This document shows, piece after piece, positions 28,117 to 36,921 of a DNA stretch of 61,763 nt. The position numbers and the translations under genes are program-made. The DNA comes from Candidatus Moraniibacteriota bacterium (GTDB taxonomy: Bacteria > Patescibacteriota > Minisyncoccia > Moranbacterales > UBA2206), in contig DPJH01000004.1 of assembly GCA_003543115.1 (NCBI GenBank), positions 1-61,763 on the forward strand. Direction: 5' to 3'. Numbering within the stretch: the first letter of the stretch is position 1; each line of letters opens with the position of its first letter. The notes beneath the pieces were generated by a model, which saw only the letters and a list, made by a program, of their open reading frames with translations, made no database searches and was not told the origin of the DNA.

Positions 28117-28132
28117 ACACTATATATAGTGT
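28117..28132. promoter_or_regulatory. NrdR box
   Basis: acactatatatagtgt is a perfect 16-bp palindrome matching the NrdR-box consensus acaCwAtATaTwGtgt. It lies between two TATAAT hexamers (28100..28105, preceded by TGg; and 28132..28137). Confidence 0.7.
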
Positions 28133-28210
28133 ATAATAGTTAAAAAGCCAACAAAATAATATGTTTGAAAGCTGATAAATAAATGCAAAAAGACAAAAAT
28201 ACTTTTCTGG

Positions 28211-28238
28211 CTAGCAACTATAAACTAAGAACTAAAAA
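28211..28238 (+). repeat. Four in-phase heptamers CTANNAA directly upstream of nrdR
   Basis: ctagcaa ctataaa ctaagaa ctaaaaa ends 8 nt before ATG 28247. Same unit as the right arms of the ribosomal-operon hairpins. Confidence 0.7.
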
Positions 28239-28246
28239 AATAATCT

Positions 28247-28702
28247 ATGAATTGTCCTTTTTGTAACTACACGGAGACAAAAGTAGTTGATTCGCGAGAT
28301 ACCAATGAAGGAAAAATAACTCGTCGAAGGCGCGAATGCATAAAATGCGAAGGAAGATTTTCAACTTATGAAGAAATAGAGCTCTTGCGGCTATCTGTTC
28401 TCAAAAAGAATGGACAGAAGGTTGATTATGATAAATCAAAGATCGAAACTGGAATTCGAAGAGCTTTAGTGAAAAGACCAATAACTGAAGATCGTACGAT
28501 AAAGCTCTTGGGAGATATAGAATATGCCATCAAATCACTAGAAAAAACAGAGGTAACAAGCAAAGAGATCGGCAAGATAGTGCTAAAAAAATTGAGAGAT
28601 TTGGATGAAGTGGCTTATGTAAGATTTGCGAGTGTCTATAAATCATTTGGAAGCGTAGAAAGCTTTAAAAAGGAATTGGATAAATTGGACATGAATAATT
28701 AA
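28247..28702 (+). CDS. nrdR: Transcriptional repressor NrdR
   Basis: MNCPFCNYTETKVVDSRDT...RRRRECIKCEGRFSTYE zinc ribbon plus ATP-cone. Confidence 0.95.
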   Translation: MNCPFCNYTETKVVDSRDTNEGKITRRRRECIKCEGRFSTYEEIELLRLSVLKKNGQKVDYDKSKIETGIRRALVKRPITEDRTIKLLGDIEYAIKSLEKTEVTSKEIGKIVLKKLRDLDEVAYVRFASVYKSFGSVESFKKELDKLDMNN

Positions 28703-28782
28703 TAACAAATTATGGCACCTGTCTGCCTTTAGGCAGGAATCAGTCTAAGGCTGAAATTAATTTATATTTAATCTGAAAATCT

Positions 28783-30909
28783 ATGCCGCAAAAAAACAAA
28801 AATCTATCTGCAGAAAAGGGGAAAAGAAAAGCTAACAAAGCTGTTAGCAGAAAAGTTGAAACAAAAAAAGAAGAATTGCACATGAAAGTAGTGAAAAGGA
28901 ACGGAAGTGTAGTGAAATTTGATGCTAGTAAAATTGCTAAGGCTGTGGAAAAGGCGCTTTTGGCTACTGAAGAGGGTGGGAAAAAAGAAGCTGAAAAAGT
29001 AGCCAATAAGGTGACGAGGCTTTTGGAAAAAAGCTACAAAAAAGGCTATATCCCACAGATTGAAGAAATACAAGATTTAGTGGAAAGAGTTTTAATGGTT
29101 TTGGATTTTGAAGAGACCGCCAAATCATATATTCTTTATCGTGAGCAGCACAGAAAGATTCGCGAAACAGAAGAGTCTTTGGATGAAGCGGTTAGTCTGG
29201 TTGATAAGTACATGCAGGAGATTGATTGGCAAGTGAAGGAAAATGCCAACATGGCCTATTCTTTACAAGGATTGAATAATTATATAGCCTCTAGCGTTTC
29301 AGCTAAATATTGGACTAATAAAGTTTATCCAAAGGAGATTCGAGAAGCTCATGATGATGGCGATGTACACATCCATGATCTTCAACTAATTGCTGCATAT
29401 TGTTGCGGTTGGGATTTACAGGATCTTTTGAGGCGTGGATTTACCGGTGTTTCGGGAAAAACTGCCTGTAAACCGGCCAAGCATTTTGGTTCAATTCTCG
29501 GGCAAATGGTTAATTTCATCTATACTCTCACTGGAGAAGCTGCAGGTGCACTTGCCTTTTCTAACTTTGATACATTGCTTGCTCCTTTTGTCCGCTATGA
29601 CAAGCTGACATATGGTGAAGTGAAGCAAAATATCCAGTCTTATGTTTTTAATATGAATGTGCCGACCAGGGTTGGATTTCAGACTCCGTTTTCCAATATC
29701 ACATTAGATGTCATGCCACCCAAGACATTAGCCAAAGAAGCGGTTGTTATAGGCGGTGTGCCACAGAAAGAAACTTATGGACAATTCCAGGAGGAAATGA
29801 ACATGATTAATAGAGCCTTTGCTGAAGTTATGACAGAAGGGGATGCTAATGGAAGAATTTTTACCTTTCCGATCCCGACTTATAACATAGATAAAAATTT
29901 CAAATGGAATGACAAAAAATTCAATCCGATTTGGGAAATGACTGCTAAGTACGGCATTCCGTATTTTGCTAATTTTGTGAATTCAGATATGGATCCTGAT
30001 GACGCGCGCAGCATGTGCTGCCGGCTTCGCTTGGATAATCGTGAATTGCGAAAGAGAGGTGGCGGTCTTTTTGGAGCCAATCCTCTTACCGGCTCAATCG
30101 GAGTGGTTACATTGAATATGCCTCGCATCGGCTATCTCTCTAAGAATAAAGAAGAATTTTTTCAGAGACTGGATAGGCTTATGGATTTGGCCAAGAATGC
30201 TCTTGAGATCAAAAGAAAATTTATTGAGGATGCGACAGAAAAAGGATTGTATCCCTATTCTAAATTCTATTTGGATGCTATTAAGACGCGCCGAGGAGAA
30301 TATTGGGCTAATCATTTTTCAACTATCGGATTGCTTGGAATGAATGAAGCGCTATTGAATCTTAATGGCAAGGACATAACAACGAAAGAGGGTCAAAAAT
30401 TAGCTGAAGAGGTTCTTTCTCATATGCGCGATAAAATGATTAAATATCAAAAGGAAACTGGCAATATGTATAATCTAGAGGCTACGCCGGCCGAAGGTAC
30501 TTCTTATCGTCTGGCAAAAAAAGATAAGAAAAAATATTCGGATATCATATTTGCCAATGATCAGGCTGTAAGAAGCGTCGATGCCGAACCTTATTATACC
30601 AATTCTTCACAGTTGCCTGTACATTTTACTGAAGATATTTTTGAAGCTCTGGATCTTCAAGATAAACTGCAAACAAAATATACTGGAGGAACAGTTTTGC
30701 ATGGATTCTTAGGCGAGAGAATGATGGATATCGAAGCAACAAAAAAATTAGTGCGAACGATCGCAGAAAATTATAAGCTTCCATATTTTACGCTTACGCC
30801 GACATTTAGCATCTGTTCGACGCATGGATACCTGGTGGGTGAGCATAAGAATTGCCCTAAATGTATAGCAGCTCAGGATGGAAAAAATTATCTGAAAGCT
30901 GGAAAATAA
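28783..30909 (+). CDS. nrdD: Anaerobic (class III) ribonucleoside-triphosphate reductase, large fragment lacking the glycyl-radical C-terminus
   Basis: ATP-cone (KVVKRNGSVVKFDASKI...), then the class III core (...DGDVHIHDL..., ...FANFVNSDM..DARSMCCRLRLD...). Ends ...CSTHGYLVGEHKNCPKCIAAQDGKNYLKAGK without the RV.GY motif. Start may be ATG 28882 instead; the 33-aa Lys-rich leader is uncertain. Confidence 0.9.
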   Translation: MPQKNKNLSAEKGKRKANKAVSRKVETKKEELHMKVVKRNGSVVKFDASKIAKAVEKALLATEEGGKKEAEKVANKVTRLLEKSYKKGYIPQIEEIQDLVERVLMVLDFEETAKSYILYREQHRKIRETEESLDEAVSLVDKYMQEIDWQVKENANMAYSLQGLNNYIASSVSAKYWTNKVYPKEIREAHDDGDVHIHDLQLIAAYCCGWDLQDLLRRGFTGVSGKTACKPAKHFGSILGQMVNFIYTLTGEAAGALAFSNFDTLLAPFVRYDKLTYGEVKQNIQSYVFNMNVPTRVGFQTPFSNITLDVMPPKTLAKEAVVIGGVPQKETYGQFQEEMNMINRAFAEVMTEGDANGRIFTFPIPTYNIDKNFKWNDKKFNPIWEMTAKYGIPYFANFVNSDMDPDDARSMCCRLRLDNRELRKRGGGLFGANPLTGSIGVVTLNMPRIGYLSKNKEEFFQRLDRLMDLAKNALEIKRKFIEDATEKGLYPYSKFYLDAIKTRRGEYWANHFSTIGLLGMNEALLNLNGKDITTKEGQKLAEEVLSHMRDKMIKYQKETGNMYNLEATPAEGTSYRLAKKDKKKYSDIIFANDQAVRSVDAEPYYTNSSQLPVHFTEDIFEALDLQDKLQTKYTGGTVLHGFLGERMMDIEATKKLVRTIAENYKLPYFTLTPTFSICSTHGYLVGEHKNCPKCIAAQDGKNYLKAGK

Positions 30910-30989
30910 ATTTTTTTATATAAATTAAAATAAAAAGTAAATGTGTTTCTGCTCAAAGTTTGAAAAACGTTGAACAGAAAAGAAAAAAT

Positions 30990-31250
30990 ATGGAGAAATA
31001 TATTTGCCACGATTGTGGAAAAGCCATTGGAAAAAACGAAGAATATATGCCCTATAAAGTAGGTAAGGATTTGTATGTAAAATGTCGGGCATGCCATGAA
31101 ATTGATCCGGTTTTGAAAAATTTTCAAAAAGCGGAAGTTTATTCAAGAGTGGTCGGATACATCAGGCCGGTAGCTCAGTGGAACAAAGGAAAACAGGCTG
31201 AATTTGGCGATAGAAAAGAATATTTAGTGGAACAGGCTTGCTGTTGTTAA
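30990..31250 (+). CDS. Stand-alone NrdD C-terminal domain: Zn-ribbon + glycyl-radical motif
   Basis: CHDCGK...x22...CRAC followed by AEVYSRVVGYIRPVAQWNKGKQAEFGDRKEY, the conserved class III RNR glycyl-radical segment. Separate ORF in a different frame, 80 nt after the large fragment. Confidence 0.8.
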   Translation: MEKYICHDCGKAIGKNEEYMPYKVGKDLYVKCRACHEIDPVLKNFQKAEVYSRVVGYIRPVAQWNKGKQAEFGDRKEYLVEQACCC

Positions 31251-31318
31251 GTTTAGAGTAAAAAGATAGCGGGGCGACTTGATTGAGAGATTAAGTCGCC
31301 CCGATTTAAAATAATATT

Positions 31319-32014
31319 ATGATTTTAGGCGGTTTTCAAAAGTTAACATTGATAGATTATCCGGGAAAAATTGCTACTACTGTTTTTACGGTGGGATGCA
31401 ATTTTCGCTGTCCCTTTTGCCATAATCCGGAATTGGTAGATTTGCGATTGACGCACAACGAAGAGTCCGAAAAAGATTTTTTTGATTTTTTGCAAAAACG
31501 AAAAGGCAAGTTAGAGGGAGTGTGCATTACCGGAGGAGAGCCGACCATTCAGCCGGATATTATCAAATTCATAAAAAAGATAAAAAAAGAAGGTTTTTGT
31601 GTAAAATTGGATTCTAATGGAACCCGTCCGGACATTTTGAAAAAACTGATTGATCAAAGCCTGATTGACTATATCGCTATGGATATAAAGAGCTATCCAG
31701 ATGCTTATGTAAAAGTAACGGAGACTGAATCAGATAAGGATCGTATACGGATAAGCGTTGATCTTATTCGAAATAGCGGAATTGATTATGAATTCAGAAC
31801 AACTGTGGTTCCTGGTCTTCATGATGAAAAGGATTTTGTAAAAATTGCCCAGTGGCTTGAAGGATCGAGGGCATATTATCTCCAGGAATATCGGGAAGAG
31901 CAAAAAATTCTCAATCCCAATCTAAAAAAGAAAACCAAAGGGAAAAAAATTAACTTGGAAAAGATAAAAAAAGATATCGAGAAAAGTTTTGGAAAAGTGG
32001 AAATTAGGAGATAG
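31319..32014 (+). CDS. nrdG: Anaerobic ribonucleotide reductase activating protein (radical SAM)
   Basis: GCNFRCPFCHN CxxxCxxC cluster and GVCITGGEPT. Confidence 0.9.
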   Translation: MILGGFQKLTLIDYPGKIATTVFTVGCNFRCPFCHNPELVDLRLTHNEESEKDFFDFLQKRKGKLEGVCITGGEPTIQPDIIKFIKKIKKEGFCVKLDSNGTRPDILKKLIDQSLIDYIAMDIKSYPDAYVKVTETESDKDRIRISVDLIRNSGIDYEFRTTVVPGLHDEKDFVKIAQWLEGSRAYYLQEYREEQKILNPNLKKKTKGKKINLEKIKKDIEKSFGKVEIRR

Positions 32015-32075
32015 TCTCTGCTGGTTCCCATATTGATATGCCAATGTTTTTTCTTTGTAGCTTGAAGATAATTAT

Positions 32076-32294
32076 ATGAGAATCTATATCAAAGTCTCTC
32101 CGCGGTCATCTAAGAATGAAGTGACTAAAATCGCAGAAGGAGAATATAAGGTGCGCCTGACTGCCCCTCCTGTGGATGGGCAGGCCAACGCCATGCTTAT
32201 AAAAATATTGTCAGAGTATTTTGATATTCCTAAAAGCTCTCTGCGCATTATTGGCGGCAAATCCGCTAAAACTAAAATAGTAGAAATTGATTGA
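32076..32294 (+). CDS. DUF167 (YggU) family protein
   Basis: IKVSPRSSKNEV...VRLTAPPVDGQANAMLIKILSEYF...IGGKSAKTKIVEI. Confidence 0.85.
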   Translation: MRIYIKVSPRSSKNEVTKIAEGEYKVRLTAPPVDGQANAMLIKILSEYFDIPKSSLRIIGGKSAKTKIVEID

Positions 32295-32364
32295 AAGCTA
32301 TAACTAAACTAATCTGATCAGCAAGTAGGCCGATATTTGCTTTAATTTTTTGTATAATCAAAAA

Positions 32365-33849
32365 ATGAACAAAGCTAAAATATTTTTCTATAGTAGCCTC
32401 AGTTTTATTTTGGGAATTTTTAGCGCTTCCTTCTATTATCCTCAGGCATTATCTGATATTTGGCTGTTTCTTGTTTTGATCGGGTTGCTGATCATATCAT
32501 TTGTTTTTTATAAAAATAAAAAAATTCTTTTGCTTTCATTCATTTCAGTGTTTTTTCTGAGTGGAGCATGGTTGACTGCCAATCGCTTGGAAATGATAAC
32601 GGGTTTAAAAAAAGAAACGCAAAATTTTTACGGCTCTGTTGAAGTCATCAGGGAACCGCAAATAAAAGATAGAATGCAGAAAATTGTGGTAGCATCTGAT
32701 GACATGAAATTTTTGATTATCGCTAACTCCTATCCGACATATGAATATGGGGATAGGCTAAAAGTTGATTGCGAATTGGAGATTCCTCAAAACAAAGATG
32801 GTTTTGATTATCGGATGTATCTGGCTAAAGACTCCGTTTTTTATATTTGTAAAAGTGCTAAGATAGAAAAAATAGCTCCTGCTGGCGGAAACAAGGGATA
32901 TGCAATTATTTTAAAAATTAAAAATAGGATTGAGCAGAATATTAATCATCTTTTGCCTTCTCCTCAGTCCGGTCTTCTTCTGGGGCTTCTTGTAGGAGGA
33001 GATGACAGATTGTCTCAAAAAGAGAAGGATAATTTTTCTCAAACTGGTCTTACTCATATTGTGGCGGTGTCTGGCTATAATGTGACTATTATAGCTGAAT
33101 ATCTGATGCTTCTAGGTATCTTTTTGGGATTGTGGAGAAAGCAAGCTTTTTGGTTTTCTATTTCTGGAATTTTTATTTTTGTGATTTTGGTGGGATTTCC
33201 GTCCAGTGCTATGCGAGCCGGAGTGATGGGCGGACTTATCTTGTGGGCTATGAAAAATGGAAGACTGGCGAATGCTCAAAATTCCATTCTTTTTGCCTGC
33301 AGCGCAATGCTTTTGGCAAATCCGCTCCTTTTGCGGTGGGATGTGGGTTTTCAACTTTCTTTTTTGGCTACTATCGGCATCGTTTATTTTTATCCTATAA
33401 TAGAAAAATATTCTATCAAAAAAAATGGCATATCTTTTTTCAGTGAGATTCTTTTTCTGACATTGAGTGCGCAGGTTTTTGTTTTGCCTATAATTTTGTA
33501 TAACTTTGGCAATCTTTCCATTGTCTCTCCACTGGCTAATCTTTTGGTTTTGCCGGCAATTCCTTTGACAATGCTTTTGGGATTTTTGATGCTTGTTTTT
33601 TCTTTCCTAATTCCTTCTCTGGCAATAATTTTTTCTTGGCTGACATATTTGACGCTTAAATATATTACAGGCATAGTGGAATGGATGGCAGGTTGGCGGT
33701 TTTCTTCTATTGAAGTGGATAATTTTTCTTGGCTTTGGGTCGTTGGGTGGTATTTGATATTGGCAAGCTTCACTTTTCTTTCCAGTTCTAAAAGGAAAAT
33801 TCAAAACGATCAAAACATGCTAATCAAAAGTATTATTAAAGAAGTTTAA
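32365..33849 (+). CDS. comEC: ComEC/Rec2 competence channel, membrane part
   Basis: Multi-TM protein with GLTHIVAVSGYNVTII (competence domain). ATG 32365 preferred over the TTG at 32350. tgtataat lies 7 nt upstream, so the mRNA may be leaderless. Confidence 0.85.
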   Translation: MNKAKIFFYSSLSFILGIFSASFYYPQALSDIWLFLVLIGLLIISFVFYKNKKILLLSFISVFFLSGAWLTANRLEMITGLKKETQNFYGSVEVIREPQIKDRMQKIVVASDDMKFLIIANSYPTYEYGDRLKVDCELEIPQNKDGFDYRMYLAKDSVFYICKSAKIEKIAPAGGNKGYAIILKIKNRIEQNINHLLPSPQSGLLLGLLVGGDDRLSQKEKDNFSQTGLTHIVAVSGYNVTIIAEYLMLLGIFLGLWRKQAFWFSISGIFIFVILVGFPSSAMRAGVMGGLILWAMKNGRLANAQNSILFACSAMLLANPLLLRWDVGFQLSFLATIGIVYFYPIIEKYSIKKNGISFFSEILFLTLSAQVFVLPIILYNFGNLSIVSPLANLLVLPAIPLTMLLGFLMLVFSFLIPSLAIIFSWLTYLTLKYITGIVEWMAGWRFSSIEVDNFSWLWVVGWYLILASFTFLSSSKRKIQNDQNMLIKSIIKEV

Positions 33850-33850
33850 A

Positions 33851-34714
33851 ATGAAAAGTAGAAAGTTGAAATATATTTCAATAGTCATCCTTTTGGTGTT
33901 TAGTCTGATTCTAGCTGCCATTATTTTTTATGAGAAGAATCAGGAAATGAAAATCATTTTTCTTGATGTGGGGCAGGGAGATGCGATCTTGATTGAGCAG
34001 GGAAGCAATCAGATCTTGATAGATGGCGGGCCGAGCGAGCAGATTCTTTTGGAAAAGCTAGGGAAATACGTTCCCTTTTGGGATAGAAAAATCGAGTTGG
34101 TGATCGCCACTCATCCTGATCAAGATCACATCCAAGGTTTGATGGGAGCCTTGAAAAATTATCAGGTCGAAAATCTTATGGAAACAACAATCAGAAGCGA
34201 GTCTCAACTATATCAGAAATATGAAGAATTGATTCAGAATAGAAGTATTTCAAAGATTATGCCAGATAGCGAGACGACAGTCAGAATAGGCGGAGCTGAA
34301 ATGAGCATTCTCAGTCCTCTGGGATTGGTGCCTGATTCAATAGTAAAAGATACAAACAGTTTTAGTATTGTAAGTAGGTTGGTTTTTGGCGACAGTTCGT
34401 TTTTGTTTACGGGAGATTTGCCGGAAAAAGAAGAGTTAAAGCTGGTTAAAAGAGAAGTTGATGTACGAAGCAATGTTTTGAAAGTTGCTCATCATGGATC
34501 GAAATATTCCAGTTCCGATGATTTTCTCAAGAAAGTGCATCCCCGAGAAGCCATAATTTCTTCAGGAAAAAACAATCGTTTCGGGCATCCTTCAATGGAA
34601 GCTATGGAGAGATTAAAAAGCAATAATATTGAAATTTTAAGAACTGATGAGATGGGAGACATAGTGTATGCATGTAAAAATTTGGAAAAGCGCTGCCAGT
34701 TGGTTGCCAACTGA
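33851..34714 (+). CDS. ComEC-type metallo-beta-lactamase domain protein (separate ORF)
   Basis: TM anchor, then FLDVGQGDAILIE, ATHPDQDHIQG, VAHHGSKYSS. Starts 2 nt after the comEC stop. Confidence 0.85.
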   Translation: MKSRKLKYISIVILLVFSLILAAIIFYEKNQEMKIIFLDVGQGDAILIEQGSNQILIDGGPSEQILLEKLGKYVPFWDRKIELVIATHPDQDHIQGLMGALKNYQVENLMETTIRSESQLYQKYEELIQNRSISKIMPDSETTVRIGGAEMSILSPLGLVPDSIVKDTNSFSIVSRLVFGDSSFLFTGDLPEKEELKLVKREVDVRSNVLKVAHHGSKYSSSDDFLKKVHPREAIISSGKNNRFGHPSMEAMERLKSNNIEILRTDEMGDIVYACKNLEKRCQLVAN

Positions 34715-34766
34715 TTATCTTTATGATAAAATAAATTTCAGTAAATAATTAATATTTTTTAAAAGT

Positions 34767-35372
34767 ATGGCAAATCCAGCAACAAAAGAAAGATCACTTG
34801 TTATTCTTAAACCGGATGCAATACAAAGATCTTTAATGGGAGAAATCATTAAAAGAATTGAGAGAACCGGACTGAAATTTACCGCGATGAAGTTCACTAT
34901 CTTAGAAGAGGAAACGCTTTGGAAGCATTATAATAAAGATGATGCATGGTTTGAAAAGAAAGGTGGAAATATAGTACGTGAAATGGAGGAAAGAAATATG
35001 GCCATAGAAAAGCCGGCGATTGAATATGGAAAGGATATTTTAAGGCATTTGATAAGTTTCATGACCTCGGGTCCTGTGCTGGCAATGATTGTTGAGGGTA
35101 ATGGAGCAACCGGCATAGTGGCTAAAATTGTCGGCGGAACTGAGCCGTTGACTGCTGACATCGGAACTATTCGGGCAGACTTTACGCTTGATTCATATGC
35201 TTTAGCCGGCCTTGATGGAAGAGCCGTTCGCAATCTGGTGCATTGTTCGGAAAATCCTTCTGAAGCTGAAAGAGAAATCGCTTTGTGGTTTAACGAGAAA
35301 GAAATTCTCAAATACCGATTGGTTCAAGAATCTATTTTATATGATGTGAATTTGGATGGAATTTTAGAATAA
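34767..35372 (+). CDS. ndk: Nucleoside-diphosphate kinase (long form)
   Basis: ERSLVILKPDAIQR, LVHCSENPSEAEREIALWF. Confidence 0.85.
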   Translation: MANPATKERSLVILKPDAIQRSLMGEIIKRIERTGLKFTAMKFTILEEETLWKHYNKDDAWFEKKGGNIVREMEERNMAIEKPAIEYGKDILRHLISFMTSGPVLAMIVEGNGATGIVAKIVGGTEPLTADIGTIRADFTLDSYALAGLDGRAVRNLVHCSENPSEAEREIALWFNEKEILKYRLVQESILYDVNLDGILE

Positions 35373-35393
35373 AATATAAATTTGAAAATAGCT

Positions 35394-35422
35394 AAAAAAA
35401 CCGGGATCGCTCCCGGTTTTTT
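35394..35422 (+). terminator. Rho-independent terminator
   Basis: aaaaaaaccggga-tcgc-tcccggtttttt. Confidence 0.85.
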
Positions 35423-35505
35423 GCTTGACAAAAATCGATTTATGATATATTATAATCTCAGTATAAGGGCGTTCTTTGTGATTATTTTTTACAAGGGGAT
35501 GGCAA

Positions 35506-35709
35506 ATGAGTGGACGTAGCGGGTGCTTGGAAAATTGTATGTGCGTTGTTTGTCAGAGAGAAATGAGAGAAAACAAAAAGGCAGAAATGAAAAGAAGAGG
35601 ATCAATGACAGAAAAGGGAGAATTTATAGGCAATGAAGACTTCATGAGATCTATGAGGCAGTTGCGTGGAAACACAACCTTCAGAAAAATATGGAGAGCT
35701 CTCGCCTAA
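35506..35709 (+). CDS. Hypothetical small basic protein
   Basis: ORF with TTGACA (35425) and an AT-rich -10 region upstream, aagggga SD-like, and a terminator after it. Confidence 0.45.
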   Translation: MSGRSGCLENCMCVVCQREMRENKKAEMKRRGSMTEKGEFIGNEDFMRSMRQLRGNTTFRKIWRALA

Positions 35710-35721
35710 TCGCGGTAATTA

Positions 35722-35758
35722 GGGGGAATTGGACATGTCCGGTTCCCCCAACTTTTTT
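35722..35758 (+). terminator. Rho-independent terminator
   Basis: gggggaa-ttggacatgtccgg-ttccccc, then aactttttt. Confidence 0.7.
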
Positions 35759-35775
35759 ATTAAATATGATAAAAT

Positions 35776-35808
35776 AAAAAATTCTTGGTTTTTCACAAGA
35801 ATTTTTTT
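35776..35808. terminator. Bidirectional terminator (serves rpmB on the minus strand)
   Basis: aaaaaattcttg-gtttttca-caagaattttttt. Confidence 0.7.
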
Positions 35809-35829
35809 ATACATAATCCCATCCAAGGA

Positions 35830-36003
35830 TTATTTTGTTTTCGAAAGGGTTTTGATGCAACGGGTGCAAACTTTCAATCTTTCTCCATCAACTTTTTTAG
35901 TTTGCAGATTGATGCCAAATTTTCGAAGAGTGGCAATGTTGGAATGACTTCTTTTGTTTCCGGTTTTTCCTCCACGCTCACAAATTTCACATACTCTACT
36001 CAT
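35830..36003 (-). CDS. rpmB: 50S ribosomal protein L28
   Basis: Not in the ORF track (57 aa). Minus-strand translation MSRVCEICERGGKTGNKRSHSNIATLRKFGINLQTKKVDGERLKVCTRCIKTLSKTK matches the bL28 pattern. It overrides the + strand ORFs 35729..35947 and 35785..36021. Confidence 0.85.
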   Translation of the reverse strand: MSRVCEICERGGKTGNKRSHSNIATLRKFGINLQTKKVDGERLKVCTRCIKTLSKTK

Positions 36004-36090
36004 AGTTTTATAAATGTCTAAATTTAGATCAGTATTGATTAGTAACAGAATTTAGAGTATCATATATATATTAAGTTGTAAAGTTTGATT

Positions 36091-36786
36091 ATGCCTAGCG
36101 AAATTGTTCTCATATTTTTTTATATCGTAATTCTATTATATTCCGTTATTGTTCATGAAGTAGCTCATGGCGTGATGGCTCTTTGGCTGGGTGATTCGAC
36201 TGCCAAATATGCCGGCAGACTAAACCTTAATCCTATAAAACATATCGACCTATGGGGCTCTATTATTGCTCCTGTAATGATGCTTCTTCTGTCTAATTTT
36301 CGTTTTGCTTTTGGCTGGGCTAAGCCGGTGCCATATAATCCATATAATCTCAAGAATCAAAAGTGGGGTCCGGCTTTGGTGGCATTTTCAGGTCCTTTAT
36401 CGAATATTTTACTGGCTCTTATTTTTACTGCGGTTGCTCGTCTCATTGCCATCCCGACAGCTGCTAAAGCGGATATTATTTTAAATTTCAATGATTGGTC
36501 CAATATTTCTACCGTAGTGGCTGGGTCATTCAGTTCGATTATGTTCGAGTTGTGTATTATTATAATTTTTTGGAATGTTCTTCTGGCTTTTTTTAATCTG
36601 ATTCCCATTCCGCCATTGGATGGATCAAAGCTTCTTTTTTCAGTTTTTCCCATTAAAATAGAAACTCAAGCTCTTTTGGAACAATTTGGATTTATATTCC
36701 TTTTGTTTTTTGTTATTTTCTTTTCCGGGCCTATGGGAATTTTTCTTAATTTCATGCTGAACATTTTTTTGGGCATGGCGCTATAA
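36091..36786 (+). CDS. Peptidase M50 (site-2 protease) family protein
   Basis: HEVAHG zinc motif in the first TM region, NLIPIPPLDGSKL later. Confidence 0.85.
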   Translation: MPSEIVLIFFYIVILLYSVIVHEVAHGVMALWLGDSTAKYAGRLNLNPIKHIDLWGSIIAPVMMLLLSNFRFAFGWAKPVPYNPYNLKNQKWGPALVAFSGPLSNILLALIFTAVARLIAIPTAAKADIILNFNDWSNISTVVAGSFSSIMFELCIIIIFWNVLLAFFNLIPIPPLDGSKLLFSVFPIKIETQALLEQFGFIFLLFFVIFFSGPMGIFLNFMLNIFLGMAL

Positions 36787-36795
36787 TAAGATATA

Positions 36796-36824
36796 TTGAC
36801 ATAAAATAAGAAATCCCTTATGAT
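36796..36824 (+). promoter_or_regulatory. Sigma-70-type promoter upstream of rpsL (TTGACA-17 nt-TATGAT)
   Basis: -35 at 36796..36801, -10 at 36819..36824. Confidence 0.55.
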
Positions 36825-36921
36825 TATTGTGCTAGTCGGTTTCTAGCAGTTTTTATTTAATTAAAAAATTATTTTAGGCTTAAGTTAGTCGTTCTGATAG
36901 CTTTCCGCCTTGAAAGACAAA

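Noticed and set aside
28151-28166. Second NrdR box completing the usual tandem pair
   Set aside because: acaaaataatatgttt is only a weak half-palindrome, and its centre is 34 bp from the perfect box instead of the usual 31-32 bp as I recall it. It is mentioned in a finding but not annotated as a feature.
30910-30989. Group I intron or intein interrupting nrdD (as in phage T4 nrdD)
   Set aside because: The gap is only 80 nt and AT-rich, with no intron-like core. The two ORFs are in different frames, each with plausible termini. No intein motifs are present.
35729-36021. Plus-strand ORFs 35729..35947 and 35785..36021
   Set aside because: The minus strand here encodes a clear ribosomal protein L28 (35830..36003). 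The plus-strand ORFs are shadows with odd composition.
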